Positions 1-11,664 of a DNA stretch of 64,000 bases are shown one piece after another. How positions within the stretch are numbered: position 1 is the stretch's first letter; every line of letters begins with the position of its first letter. The DNA is from an uncultured Chloroflexia bacterium. Lineage in GTDB: Bacteria; Chloroflexota; Anaerolineae; CG2-30-64-16. A program made the translations under genes and the position numbers. The notes below the pieces were generated by a model. It saw only the letters and a list, made by a program, of their open reading frames with translations. It searched no databases and was not told the origin of the DNA. The DNA lies in the NCBI GenBank assembly GCA_963810095.1, contig CAWEMM010000006.1, forward strand, positions 416,001-480,000, in the 5' to 3' direction.

Positions 1-713
1 AGCGCGCCGGCCATGAACGAACGCACGATGGTGATACCCACCACGGGGAAGAGCAGCGGCCGCATCCCGGCTAGGGCCGCCCGCCACGGCTGCGACTGGG
101 CCGCGGCCTGACCCGAGACCGACGAAACATGGCGCAAGCGAACGGCAAGCACGGCAGACGCGGCCAGGCCACCCACCATCAGCCACGGCGTGTTTTGCAG
201 GCCGATCACACTGATCGCCGCGACGATCACCAGCGGCCCGACTGTGTAGCCCAGGCCGCCGCCGACCATCCACGTGCCCATCGCCCGGCCGATCCGGTTG
301 CCCGAGCGATTGGCCGCCACAACCGGGCCTACCGAATGCAAGCCGGCGCCGCCCGCGCCCACGATGAGCAGGAGGAACGCCAGCATGGCATAGCTCGGCG
401 CGACGCCCAGCAGACTCATGCACACGCCGGCGATGGCCGGCGCGGCGATGACGAGGACGCGCAGGTTGCGGCGGTCGGCCAGGTAGCCGATGAAGGGCTG
501 ACTGAGCGACGGCCACTGGAGAAAGACGTTGAGCAGCCCGGCCTGCGCGTTCGACAGGCTGAACTTCTCGATCAGGACCGGCAGCAGTGGGGGCAGGAAC
601 GCGGTGTACGTGTCATGCACTGCGTGGCCGAGCGTGACTGTGTTGACGTCGGCAGTTTCGAAGCGTTCTTGTGCGGCGACCGCGGCCAGGGATTCGGCTT
701 GTGCGACGGCCAT
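1..713 (-). CDS. MFS transporter, Fsr-like (partial, runs off the left edge)
   Basis: Manual translation from ATG at 713: MAVAQAES...GHAVHDTYTAFLPPLLPVLIEKFSLS...QPFIGYLADRR (MFS motif A); multiple hydrophobic helices. Confidence 0.8.
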   Translation of the reverse strand, partial: MAVAQAESLAAVAAQERFETADVNTVTLGHAVHDTYTAFLPPLLPVLIEKFSLSNAQAGLLNVFLQWPSLSQPFIGYLADRRNLRVLVIAAPAIAGVCMSLLGVAPSYAMLAFLLLIVGAGGAGLHSVGPVVAANRSGNRIGRAMGTWMVGGGLGYTVGPLVIVAAISVIGLQNTPWLMVGGLAASAVLAVRLRHVSSVSGQAAAQSQPWRAALAGMRPLLFPVVGITIVRSFMAGA

Positions 714-717
714 ACGC

Positions 718-1419
718 CTAACGCTCGAGCAGCGCCGGCAGGTCGCCGAGCGGGCCGCGGTAAGTAGGTTCGGGGGTGGAAGGTTGGAGCGCAGTCATGG
801 GACCCTCGACGAGGTAAGTATCGCACCCCATGTTTTTGGCGACCATGTCCATGTGCTCGTCGCCGACGACGAGACATTCTTCCGCCAGGCGGCCGAGCCG
901 CGCGCAGACGTCGTCGAAGTAGCGCAGGTTGGGCTTGCAATACCGGCTGTTCTCGTAGGTCGTCACCCACTTGAACGGGAGGTCGACCACGCCGGCCCAC
1001 CGCATGCGCTCGCGCACTGCGGCTTCGGGAAAGAGCGGATTCGTGATGACTGCCGTGTCATACCCCATGGCAACGATCTTCTCGACCACGCCCCGCGCCT
1101 CGGGCTTGCACCGCGTCACGCTCGCCAGCTTCGGGAAATCCTCCGCGTAGAATGCGTCAAATACCGGCTCCAGTTCAGCCCGCTGGCGCCCTTCGAATGG
1201 GAAGAAGGCCGCCATGAACACGTCCTGGTTGGTTGCTCGACCGTCGTTCGCCGCCATCTGCTCGGTCGCCCATAACAGCCGCTGGACGAATGCCTTCGGC
1301 TCGAAGTAGGGCGCGACGCGCGCAGAGAGTGCCTTGAGGTAAACCGGCAGGAAGTGCTCCATGCTGCTGTCGAGCAGCGTGCCGTCGAGGTCGAAAAGAA
1401 TCGCTTTGTAGAGGGGCAT
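718..1419 (-). CDS. HAD-superfamily hydrolase
   Basis: Motif I FDLDGTLLD, KP motif (CKPN), motif IV VVGD. Confidence 0.9.
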   Translation of the reverse strand: MPLYKAILFDLDGTLLDSSMEHFLPVYLKALSARVAPYFEPKAFVQRLLWATEQMAANDGRATNQDVFMAAFFPFEGRQRAELEPVFDAFYAEDFPKLASVTRCKPEARGVVEKIVAMGYDTAVITNPLFPEAAVRERMRWAGVVDLPFKWVTTYENSRYCKPNLRYFDDVCARLGRLAEECLVVGDEHMDMVAKNMGCDTYLVEGPMTALQPSTPEPTYRGPLGDLPALLER

Positions 1420-1440
1420 GTGGTCGATAGACTCCTTGGC

Positions 1441-1473
1441 GAAGCCGGGTTCCTTGGGGAAATCCGGTTTCTC
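1441..1473. repeat. Short REP-like hairpin (GAAACC/GGTTTC family), copy 1
   Basis: gaagccgggttccttggggaaatccggtttctc; related to 24421-24455. Confidence 0.55.
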
Positions 1474-1482
1474 GGTGGCGCA

Positions 1483-2958
<1,476 letters not shown>

Positions 2959-3156
2959 GGCAGGCAGAATTATACACCAGCCGGCGACAGTGGCCCCGAA
3001 CTGGCCCGACCGGTTAGGGCGAAACAGGGCACAGGGGTGGTGCGTATAAGGGATGGAGCATAGTGTCAGCCAATCGTCGGCCAGACATCCGAACGGCTGC
3101 GGCCGTTGTGCTAAAATGCGATGCAGAACTTGTCGCTCGACAACGAGGAGTCAGGT

Positions 3157-5145
3157 ATGACACACATCCGCCCTACATCCCGCCGGGCGCGCGGCGCGAC
3201 CGTCGGCCGCGTGTTCCTGCTGGCGATGATCTTGCTGCTCTCCTTCAGCGGTCTTGCCAGCGCACAGTCCAAGACGCTCTACTGGCAGCGCTACGACCCG
3301 GACATCACCATCCTGAAGAACGGCGACTTTCGGGTCGAGGAAACCCAGGAGCTCGTCTTTACGAACGGCACGTTCCGGTTCGGGCAGCGCGAGATCCCGA
3401 TCAACCGGTTCAGCGACCTGACTGACATCACGGTGCGTGAGGAAAACGGGCCGGAATACAAGTACTCTGAAGGCGACGAACCCTACACCTATCGCACCTA
3501 TCAGGACAACGGCAACGTCTATATTCGCTACAACTTCCCGCCCTCGACCGACACCCGGCGCACCATCGTGGTCGGCTATACAGTCGTCGACGGCCTGCGC
3601 TATTACGCGGACAAGGGCGTAGATCAGCTCGACTGGAAAGCGATTCCGAGCGGCAACCCCTTCCCGACCCAGTCGTCGACGATCACGCTGCACCTGCCGG
3701 AAGGGGCAACGTTTACCAACTACGGCCTGTACGGCAAAGAGGGTGCCGCCAACTTCCAACCCGGGCAGCGCGACGCGACGATCAAGGTCAATGGCCCGAT
3801 CCAGTCGGGCGAGGAAGTCGAGGTCGTGGCCGAGTGGCAGCACGGCATCGTTGCAGGCCAGCCGCAGCCGTGGCAGGCCGAATTGGATCAGCAAGCCGCG
3901 CAGCAAGCCCAGCAGCAGGCCTTCCGCAAGCAGTGGGGGCCGGTGTTCGACCTGGGGTTCCTGGCGGTCGGCGGCCTGCTCGCCATCGGCGGGCCGGTAC
4001 TGCTGTACCTGTGGTGGTATCGCAAGGGCCGCGACGCGCCCGTGGGGCTCGTGGCCGATTACCTGCCCGAGCCGCCCTCTGACCTGCCGGCCGGCATGGT
4101 GGGCACGCTGATCGACGAGAAGGCCGACCTGCAAGATGTCATCGCAACGCTCCTGGACCTTGCGAAGCGCGGCTACCTGGAGATCGAGGAGGAGCAGAAG
4201 CCGGGGTTCTTGGGTATCGGCAGCTCGAGCGACTTCACCTATCGCCGCAAAAATATGGACGTGAGCAAGCTGCGACCGTACGAACAGCTCTTCGTTAAGG
4301 AGTTCTTCGGCAAGAAGCAAGAGGTGCAGCTCTCCGACTTGAAGAACAAGTTCTACAGCGCACTGCCGTCGCTGCGCAGCGCCCTATACAAGGACGTGGT
4401 CGAGGAAGGACTGTTCTCCCGCAGCCCTGACACGGTGCGGCAGCAGTTCGGCTGCCTCGGCGCAGTGGTGCTGGTTGCAGGCCTGTTCGGCGCCTTCGTC
4501 CTGTCGGCGTTCCTGCTACGGCTGTCGAGCTTTGCGATCTGCCTGCCGCTGGGCATTGGCCTGATCGGGATCGGGATTATCATCCTGGCCCGCTTCATGC
4601 CGCGGCGCACAGAAAAGGGCGCCGACGCGGTCGCACGCTGGAATGCGTTCAAGCGTTACCTGCAAAACCTGGAGAAGTACACGAACGTCCAGGAAGCCGG
4701 CCAGATATTTGGCGACTACATGCCCTACGCAGTGGCGTTCGGGCTGGAGGACAGCTGGATCGCGAAGTTCCGTAACGTCGAGGCGCCTCCGCCCACCTGG
4801 TGGATCCCGTGGGGCTATCCCCGGCCGTACTATGGCGGGGGCGGTTATGCAGGCGGCGGGCATAGCAGCGGCGGCGGCAGCATGCCGGTAGGGATGCCGG
4901 GCGGCGGGAGTGAAGGCGGTCCTCGGCCGTCGTTGAACGACATGTCGCGCGGCATGGGCCAGAGCCTGGCCGGTATGAGCGCCGGGCTGGGAGCGATGCT
5001 CTCGCAGGCCTCCAGCACGCTGACCAGCTCGCCCGCGCCGAGCGGCGGCAGCGGCGGTGGAGGCGGGTTCTCGGGCGGCGGTTTCTCGGGCGGCGGCGGC
5101 TTCTCGGGCGGTGGCGGCGGCGGCGGCGGCAGCAGCTTCGGATAA
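3157..5145 (+). CDS. DUF2207-family membrane protein with Gly-rich C-terminus
   Basis: Signal-like N-terminus, extracellular domain, TM helices, LLDLAKRGYL and YAVAFGL motifs, GGGFSGGG tail; RBS aggag before ATG 3157. Confidence 0.85.
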   Translation: MTHIRPTSRRARGATVGRVFLLAMILLLSFSGLASAQSKTLYWQRYDPDITILKNGDFRVEETQELVFTNGTFRFGQREIPINRFSDLTDITVREENGPEYKYSEGDEPYTYRTYQDNGNVYIRYNFPPSTDTRRTIVVGYTVVDGLRYYADKGVDQLDWKAIPSGNPFPTQSSTITLHLPEGATFTNYGLYGKEGAANFQPGQRDATIKVNGPIQSGEEVEVVAEWQHGIVAGQPQPWQAELDQQAAQQAQQQAFRKQWGPVFDLGFLAVGGLLAIGGPVLLYLWWYRKGRDAPVGLVADYLPEPPSDLPAGMVGTLIDEKADLQDVIATLLDLAKRGYLEIEEEQKPGFLGIGSSSDFTYRRKNMDVSKLRPYEQLFVKEFFGKKQEVQLSDLKNKFYSALPSLRSALYKDVVEEGLFSRSPDTVRQQFGCLGAVVLVAGLFGAFVLSAFLLRLSSFAICLPLGIGLIGIGIIILARFMPRRTEKGADAVARWNAFKRYLQNLEKYTNVQEAGQIFGDYMPYAVAFGLEDSWIAKFRNVEAPPPTWWIPWGYPRPYYGGGGYAGGGHSSGGGSMPVGMPGGGSEGGPRPSLNDMSRGMGQSLAGMSAGLGAMLSQASSTLTSSPAPSGGSGGGGGFSGGGFSGGGGFSGGGGGGGGSSFG

Positions 5146-5154
5146 GAGCAGCGT

Positions 5155-5187
5155 AGACCTTCGGGGTTTGCTGAAACCCCGAAGGTC
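5155..5187. repeat. REP-like hairpin (AGACCT...AGGTCT family), copy 1
   Basis: agaccttcggggtttgctgaaaccccgaaggtc; second copy at 13546-13579. Confidence 0.7.
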
Positions 5188-5210
5188 CGATTGAAGACAG
5201 GAGGAACAAC

Positions 5211-5738
5211 GTGCCAGGACAGGGTCGAACACTCGGAATCATTCTGATCGTCGTGGCGCTGATAGCGCTGCTGGTAGCCGGGGTGCTGCTCGTGACGCAG
5301 GTGGCGAGCGGTGAAACAACGCCCAGCGGTGCGGTGCTGGGCCTGCTGATCGCACTCATCGTCTTCGTGCTGCCACTGGGCGGCGGCGGGTTGTACCTGC
5401 TGACCCGCGGGAAGCAGGAGGCGGCCGAGTATGCCGAGGTGGAGAAACAGAAGAAGATCCTGAACATGGTGCTGGCGCAGGGTAAGGTCACCCTGTCTGA
5501 CGTGGCGATCGAGCTCGACATGCCGATCGACAAGGTCGAAGACATGGTGCGCGACCTGGTGGGCAAGAACCTGTTCAGCGGCGCAATCAACTGGAACGAC
5601 GGCGTTTTGTACTCGAAGCAGGCATCGAAGATGAAGGCGGACCAGAAATGTCCGAACTGCGGCGGCCAGCTCCAGCTGGCGGGCAAGGACGTCATCGAGT
5701 GCCCGTTCTGCGGCTCGACCGTGTTCCTTTCCAATTGA
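5211..5738 (+). CDS. Membrane protein with PCI-like winged helix and C-terminal Zn ribbon
   Basis: Two TM helices; CPNCG...CPFCG; RBS aggagg. Confidence 0.75.
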   Translation: MPGQGRTLGIILIVVALIALLVAGVLLVTQVASGETTPSGAVLGLLIALIVFVLPLGGGGLYLLTRGKQEAAEYAEVEKQKKILNMVLAQGKVTLSDVAIELDMPIDKVEDMVRDLVGKNLFSGAINWNDGVLYSKQASKMKADQKCPNCGGQLQLAGKDVIECPFCGSTVFLSN

Positions 5739-5745
5739 GGCGTCC

Positions 5746-6171
5746 ATGAGCTCGACGCGTGTGCAGGAGACACAGCAGTTTCCGTTCATCCTGCGGGTCT
5801 TGTGGTTCATCTTCGTGGGGTGGCACGTCACCCTCTACTGGATCTTGATTGCCTGGTTCCTCAACCTGACGATCGTCGGGCTGCCGTTCGGGTTGTGGAT
5901 GCTCAATCGCGTGCCACTTGTGTTGACTTTGCGTACTACAAGAAGCTACAATGTTGCGACCGCAACGGGCGACCAGGTCACGTGGCACTATGAGAACGTG
6001 CCCCAGCATTCGTTTGTCGTGCGTGCGCTCTACTTCGTGCTGATCGGCTGGTGGTTCAGCCTGATTTACTCCCTACTGGCCTGGCTCCTGTGCGTCACGG
6101 TCATCGGCCTGCCGCTGGGGGTCTGGATGTTCAATCGCTTGCCGCAGGTGACCACGTTGATGCGGCAATAG
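5746..6171 (+). CDS. YccF-domain inner membrane protein
   Basis: Duplicated motif LWFIFVGW...TIVGLPFG / LYFVLIGWW...TVIGLPLG. Confidence 0.85.
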   Translation: MSSTRVQETQQFPFILRVLWFIFVGWHVTLYWILIAWFLNLTIVGLPFGLWMLNRVPLVLTLRTTRSYNVATATGDQVTWHYENVPQHSFVVRALYFVLIGWWFSLIYSLLAWLLCVTVIGLPLGVWMFNRLPQVTTLMRQ

Positions 6172-6198
6172 CGCAAGGCTCACCGAGGAGAGAGTTGT

Positions 6199-6720
6199 AT
6201 GGATCCGGTTCAGAACGCCAAGGACGAAATGGGCGGCCTGGAAAAGGCCATCGCCGGCTTGCCCGGCATCAAGGGCTATCGCGAGAAGGAGCTGCGCCGC
6301 GACGCCGATAAGCAGGTACGCGACAACCTGGCGCGGCATCTCGAAAGCCGGCGCCGCAGGCTAACCGCCCTCCAAAGTGACCTGCTGGCGTCCGGCGGGC
6401 TCGATTGGATGGACGACATCGAACGCGTCGTGGGCCGGCTGCAGCTCTTCATCGACCGGGTCAAGACGGCCTCGTACGGCTACGCGCCGCTGTTCGGGCT
6501 CAACCGCGTCGACGAGAACGACCTGGACAGGCTGGTCGGCTTTGACCAGGACCTCTACAACCAGGTGGGTCCGCTTGACGAAGCAATCGGCAAGCTGGAG
6601 CAGGCCGTGCAGGCCAACGAGGGCATTAAGGAAGCGCTGCGGGCCGTGGGCGACCTGGTATCCGCGCTGAACGAGACGTTCAATCGCCGCGCCGAAGTCA
6701 TTCAAAGCACGGGCGCATAA
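6199..6720 (+). CDS. Conserved helical hypothetical protein
   Basis: IPG/LPGxKGYREKELRRDADK motif; RBS gaggag; same operon as neighbours. Confidence 0.75.
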   Translation: MDPVQNAKDEMGGLEKAIAGLPGIKGYREKELRRDADKQVRDNLARHLESRRRRLTALQSDLLASGGLDWMDDIERVVGRLQLFIDRVKTASYGYAPLFGLNRVDENDLDRLVGFDQDLYNQVGPLDEAIGKLEQAVQANEGIKEALRAVGDLVSALNETFNRRAEVIQSTGA

Positions 6721-6768
6721 GCATGCAAGGCGTAGAAGCGCCTGGCTTAACCTTGAGGAGGTAATCGG

Positions 6769-7849
6769 ATGCCGCGTATTTTCGACATAGTTGAAGCGCC
6801 CGACCAGGGCTTGAACCAAATGGTGTACCGCGTGCCGACGACCGGAAGTGGCGACTTTCGGATCGGTTCACAGGTGATCGTGCGGGAAAGCCAGGCGGCC
6901 GTGTTCTTCCGGGATGGGAAGGCGCTCGACGTTTTCGGTCCCGGCCGGCACACCATCACGACCGCAAACATCCCCTTGCTGGTCAACATCCTTGGCCTGG
7001 CCTTCAGCGGCAACACGCCGTTCAAGGCCGAGGTCTACTTCGTCAACATGCGCGACTTCATCGACATGAAGTGGGGTACACCTGAACCCATCACCCTGCG
7101 CGACAAGGAGCTCGGCATGGTGCGGCTGCGCGCAAACGGCCGGTACTCGATGGCCGTGGCCGAGCCGCAGATGTTCGTCACGAAGATCGTGGGCACGCAG
7201 GGGCTGTATCAGACGAGCCAGATCGAGGATTACCTGCGGGGGATCATTATCAGCCGCCTGACCGACCTCATCGGCGAGACGATGGGCAGCATCTTCGACC
7301 TGCCGGCCAAGTTCGACGAGGTGAGCGGCGCCATCCGGGTCAAGGTATCAGACGACTTCTTGCAGTTGGGCATCCAACTCAAGCAGATGTTCCTGGGCAG
7401 CGTCAGCCCGACCGAAGAGACCCAGAAGGCGATCGACGAGCGCGGCGTCAATGGGCGCGATCGGCAACATGCAGGCCTACATGCAGTATCAGGCGGCGAA
7501 GTCGATCCGCGACGCGGCGAGCCAACCGGGCGGCGAGGGCGGCGGGGCCAGCACGGGCGTGGGCCTGGGTGCGGGCATCGGACTGGGGGCCGGCATGGCC
7601 GGCATGATCAACCAGGCGATGCAGGGCGGCGGCCAGCAGGTGCAGCCGCCGGCGGCGAGTGGGGCACAAGGGTCGGCCGGCAGCGGGGCAGCACCCGAGG
7701 TCATGACGCTGGCCGAAGCCGCTGCTTACCTGAAGGTCGATGCCGCGGATGTGCAGGGGTTGATCAGTTCGGGCCAGGTTAAGGCCAAGCAGATCGGCTC
7801 GGAGTACCGGATCAGCAAGAAGGCGCTGGACGACTTCCTGTCTTCCTGA
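6769..7849 (+). CDS. SPFH/band-7 (YdjI-like) protein with C-terminal excisionase-like HTH (apparent indel near 7445)
   Basis: GSQVIVRESQAAVFFRDGKA...KWGTPEPI in frame 1; continues MGAIGNMQAYMQYQAA...VMTLAEAAAYLKV...GSEYRISK. Confidence 0.85.
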
Positions 7850-7861
7850 AGGGAAATGAGT

Positions 7862-7943
7862 CGCTGATCGAACTGATTGGACTGATTTGAACTGCTCGTC
7901 TCCGGGACGATCATCACGATCAGTCCAATCAGTCAGAGCAGCG
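7862..7943. repeat. Long CTGAT-type palindromic repeat, copy 1
   Basis: cgctgatcgaactgattggactgat...atcagtccaatcagtcagagcagcg between convergent genes. Confidence 0.8.
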
Positions 7944-7944
7944 G

Positions 7945-8778
7945 CTATTCGAACAAACTAGACGCAACGCTGCCATCCGTGTCCGCAGGCCAGGCCTGCG
8001 CGAAGGCTTCCCGGCTCATCATGGCCTTCACCGTCGCGTCGGGCAGGCGGCGGAAGAGATTGCCCGGGCCGAACTGCGTGCGGTGGCAGTTCAGGGCGGA
8101 CCACTTTGCTTCTACCGTTTCTGAAACGTCGACGACGGCCGTGATGTCCTCGTCGGGCCAGCCGCGCCCCTCCCCTTCCAGCAGCCAGCCGTACTCCTTC
8201 TCGTCCATCCCCAGCGCTTTCATCTCGTCGGCCATCCGGCGGAAGAAGGAACGCGGGATGGCGGTGTAGTACAGGCGGGCGGCCTGCCACGGTGCTCCGA
8301 GCTCGGGGTAACGCTCGGGGTCGGCCGCGGCGTGGAAGGCAGTGACCGTGTGCCGGTGGATGGCGATATGGTCCGGGTGGCCGTAACCGCCCCCCGGCTC
8401 GAACGTGACCACGACCTCGGGGCGCACGCGGCGCATGATGGCGACCAACTGCCGCACGACCTCGTCGGCGGGAGCATTCACGAAGGCCTGTGGGTGGCCG
8501 TTTTCCGGGGTGCCCGCCATGCCCGAGTCCCGGTAACCCAGGAAGATCAGCTCGCACACGCCCATCGTCTCGGCCGCGCAGCGCAGCTCGTTCTCGCGCA
8601 CCTCGCCCAGCGTTTCGGGGGTCGCGCCGGTCCCTTCGGCGATCTCGCCCACCTCGCCACGGGTTGCGCACACCAGGGTGGTGGTCACGCCCTCGCTCGC
8701 GTAGCGCGCGAGCGTCCCGCCCGTGCCGAACGCTTCATCGTCCGGATGGGCAAACACGGCCAACAACGAATGCTCCAC
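7945..8778 (-). CDS. PIG-L/LmbE (MshB-like) N-acetylglucosaminyl deacetylase
   Basis: AHPDDE, TRGEVGE, LGYRDSGM, GGYGHPDH, HRTQ motifs; GTG start after aggagggg. Confidence 0.9.
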   Translation of the reverse strand: MEHSLLAVFAHPDDEAFGTGGTLARYASEGVTTTLVCATRGEVGEIAEGTGATPETLGEVRENELRCAAETMGVCELIFLGYRDSGMAGTPENGHPQAFVNAPADEVVRQLVAIMRRVRPEVVVTFEPGGGYGHPDHIAIHRHTVTAFHAAADPERYPELGAPWQAARLYYTAIPRSFFRRMADEMKALGMDEKEYGWLLEGEGRGWPDEDITAVVDVSETVEAKWSALNCHRTQFGPGNLFRRLPDATVKAMMSREAFAQAWPADTDGSVASSLFE

Positions 8779-8800
8779 TTCCCCTCCTAAGGTAAGCAGG

Positions 8801-8895
8801 AATGGGACGCTGATCGGAATTACCTGACTGATCTTCATGATCTTGTTCGTGAGAGATCCGGCAGATCAGTCCAATCAGTTCAACTGTGTCCCATT
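8801..8895. repeat. Long CTGAT-type palindromic repeat, copy 2
   Basis: aatgggacgctgat...atcagtccaatcagttcaactgtgtcccatt. Confidence 0.8.
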
Positions 8896-10097
8896 ATTGC
8901 TTCGCGTTTTTCACGTACTTGTCGAAGAACGCGATCGAGCGCTGCATGGCGACGTTGAAGTTCCCCGAGATGTTATGGTTGTCGCCCTTGTACTCGTAAT
9001 ACTCGACCGGCTTGCCCGCTTCTTTGACCTTCGCGTACAGGTCCCGTGAAAACTGCACCGGCACCTCTTCGTCGCCCGAGGCGTGCTGCAGCTGCAGCGG
9101 GCCGGAAAGGTCCGCCACGTACTCTGACGGCGAGATGGATGCCCAGAACGCCGGGTTCTGCTCCGGCGTGCCGTACTTGTCGTAGAACTCCTGCCGCCAG
9201 CGGCGCTGCCGCTCGGGGATGTTCAGCGGCGGTGCGCTGGCCGGCCGGCGCCACTTGGTCAGCATGTCGGTGTAGGGCGCGACCACCCCGCCCCAGATGA
9301 CGCCGGCCTTGACATCCTTCGAGATGACCATCGCCCGCAACGTGATCTGCCCGCCCATGGAGTGGCCCCACATGCCGATGCGGTTCGGGTCTGCGCCGGG
9401 ATACTTCTTGAGCGACGCAAGGGCGTTCATCACGTCGACCGTGTAATCGGGCGAGCCATACCCGCCGCGCGCCTCGCCCTCCGAGCTCCCATGCCCCCGA
9501 TAGTCCGACTTGAGGGTGATGTAGCCGTTCCGCGCAAAGCCGTCCTGGTAGGCCACGTAGCGCTCCGTCGTGCGATACTGATCGGGCGGGATATAGCCGT
9601 GGTTGAAGACGATGATCGGCCAGCCGGTCGCGGGCGCCTTGCCGTTGGGCACCGTGAGCAAGCCGTAGATCTTGAGCCCGTCCGATTGGTATGACGCCAC
9701 GTAGCGCTGGTAATTGCTCCCGGCCTTGAGCGTCTGCTCGATCTTGATCTCGCTGCCCGGGAAGGTCTCCTGGCGCATGGCCTCGATGGCAAGCGGGTTC
9801 GAGCGGCGTTGCCGTTGGCGAGGGCGTCGCTGTTGGCGTCAGCGTCGGGGAAGGCGTCTCGGTCGGCCGGGCAGTCGCGGTCGGTTGTGCGGTGTCCGTG
9901 GCACGCGGCGCCAAAGTCGGGGCCGGCACATGGGTCGGCAAGCCGGTTGTCGCGGCGACGACCTCGGGCGTGTTGGTAGGGGCAGGCGCGGGTGCGGGTC
10001 CGCTCGCAGAACAGCCGGCCAGTGCCAGCCCGAGAAGAACGATGACCGCAAACACCACCAGGGCGTTCGCGCGGCGGGTCAAGTTAATGGGATTCAT
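8894..10097 (-). CDS. Lipoprotein S9-type peptidase / alpha-beta hydrolase (apparent indel near 9800)
   Basis: Lipobox LAGC, Pro/Thr linker, then NHGY, DYRGHG, GHSMGG nucleophile, D and H catalytic residues. Confidence 0.85.
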
Positions 10098-10171
10098 GTA
10101 CCTGTTTTCGCTCGATATCCTTGTAGGTTGCACCGAAGACCGGGTCCCGGACCTCATCGGGTGCCGGCCGA

Positions 10172-10646
10172 TTATGTCGACCGGAACCCCACCCGGCGGT
10201 GCATGTTGTCGCAGAACGGCTTGTTGTTGGACTCGCCGCAGCGGCACAGGGCCGCCCGGGGCAACTCGCGTTCCTCGCCGTCTTCCTGGCGCAGCACGAT
10301 CCGCCCCCGTACGTACAATGGGCCATCGCGCTGCGGCTCGATGATGGGCGGATCGGGCAGTTCCTCCTGCGCCGCGCCGTCGAGGCGCTCAAAGCGAAGC
10401 GCGCCGGTCGGGCAGCGGCTAACCGCGGCAGCCACCGCGTCTGCCGGCGCTGCGTCGATCAGCACCCACGGCCGGCGGTTCACGTCGAATACCTCGGGCA
10501 GCGCCCGCAGACGAGCGCGCCGTGTGAATACACAGGCCGGGCTCCCAGTACACGGCGATCTGCTCCGTGCGATACGTCCGCTCGACGCCGGGCAGCTTCC
10601 GCTCGTCCGGCTTGCTCGCGGGCGTCGGGGTTGGTATTGGGTCCAT
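10172..10646 (-). CDS. Divergent 4Fe-4S (Fer4_19) + CDGSH-type Fe-S protein (apparent indel near 10510)
   Basis: CIHTARC..., RCPTGALRF, DGPLYVRG, ALCRCGESNNKPFCDNMH. Confidence 0.85.
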
Positions 10647-10730
10647 CGCTCCTCCCGGCAAACCTACAACTCGCGAATCAGCCGGACCACGCCGGCTCAC
10701 CAATCGCAGTACAGGGTTGCGCATGCTCAC

Positions 10731-10757
10731 AGGGGGCGAGCTGAAGCTCGCCCTACA
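10731..10757. repeat. GTAG-family REP-like hairpin
   Basis: agggggcgagctgaagctcgccctaca. Confidence 0.5.
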
Positions 10758-10825
10758 ACGAGCCCTTTCCACTTGCGATTACTTCAAGTGCAACCACAGT
10801 GAATCTGTTGAACCATCACGCTCTG

Positions 10826-10937
10826 GCACCCTTCGACTGCGGGCGCTCCTGCAGACCGCCCTCCGCTCAGGATGCCTGCGCTTGAAGCGTCCTGAGCGGA
10901 GGCGCCGCGCAGCTGGCATACCGCAGTCGAAGGATGC
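10826..10937. repeat. Palindromic CCTTCGACT...GCTCAGG element, intergenic copy
   Basis: gcacccttcgactgcgg...ctccgctcaggatgc...gcgtcctgagcggag...ccgcagtcgaaggatgc; same family as 2158-2286. Confidence 0.85.
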
Positions 10938-11152
10938 GACCCGACAGAATCAGTGTGCCTGTACTCAGGATCGCCTGTCCTTCCTCGCCGCGGGGCCCGA
11001 ACATTGTAGTGCCTGGCGCGGCCTGATTCTGTAAGCGCGGTAGCATGGGATTTGTCGAGCCCTATGGCATAATACTACCAACTGCAGAATCGAGTCCGCA
11101 ATATGGCCGGGGCTGCGGCCTGTTGCGCCTGTCGCTGAAAGGAGTACACGTC

Positions 11153-11662
11153 ATGGTCAACAACGGGTTGGACGATCAGCTCGAGGGCTACGATGACATG
11201 GGCGAGGACGAGCTCTATTACGAGCTTGACGACGACCGCCGAACAGAGCTCAACGAGATCGTTGGCCTCAAAGTCCTCGGCATCGAGCTGTGGGAAGAGT
11301 CCATTGCCGACGAGGAAGAAGAACAGCCTCCCGCGCCCGAAGAACGGGTATTCGTTGACTGCGATGTGTACTTCGACGACAATGTCGCGCTCGAGCTGTA
11401 TGTCGCGGCAGTGTACCCTGACCCCGAGGGCGAGCCCGTCGTGGGCGTCGATACGATTTTCGCCGCCATCGGCCGGCTGGCCGATGAGAATCTGGAGTTG
11501 ATCGACTTCGGCGAAGCGGACGAGGAAGACGGCGGGATTGCCCTGGCATTCGGCCACGGCGACGACGTCCAAATGGTGCTCGTGGCGAACGCCTGGATGG
11601 TCACCGACTGGGAACCAGACGAGGAAGACGGCGACGACGAACTCGAGGATGACGAGGCCTGA
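11153..11662 (+). CDS. Highly acidic hypothetical protein
   Basis: RBS aaggag, D/E-rich ORF with typical codon usage. Confidence 0.7.
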   Translation: MVNNGLDDQLEGYDDMGEDELYYELDDDRRTELNEIVGLKVLGIELWEESIADEEEEQPPAPEERVFVDCDVYFDDNVALELYVAAVYPDPEGEPVVGVDTIFAAIGRLADENLELIDFGEADEEDGGIALAFGHGDDVQMVLVANAWMVTDWEPDEEDGDDELEDDEA

Positions 11663-11664
11663 AG

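Noticed and set aside
5040-5142. GGC-rich tandem repeats
   Set aside because: They encode the normal Gly/Ser tail of DUF2207 proteins.
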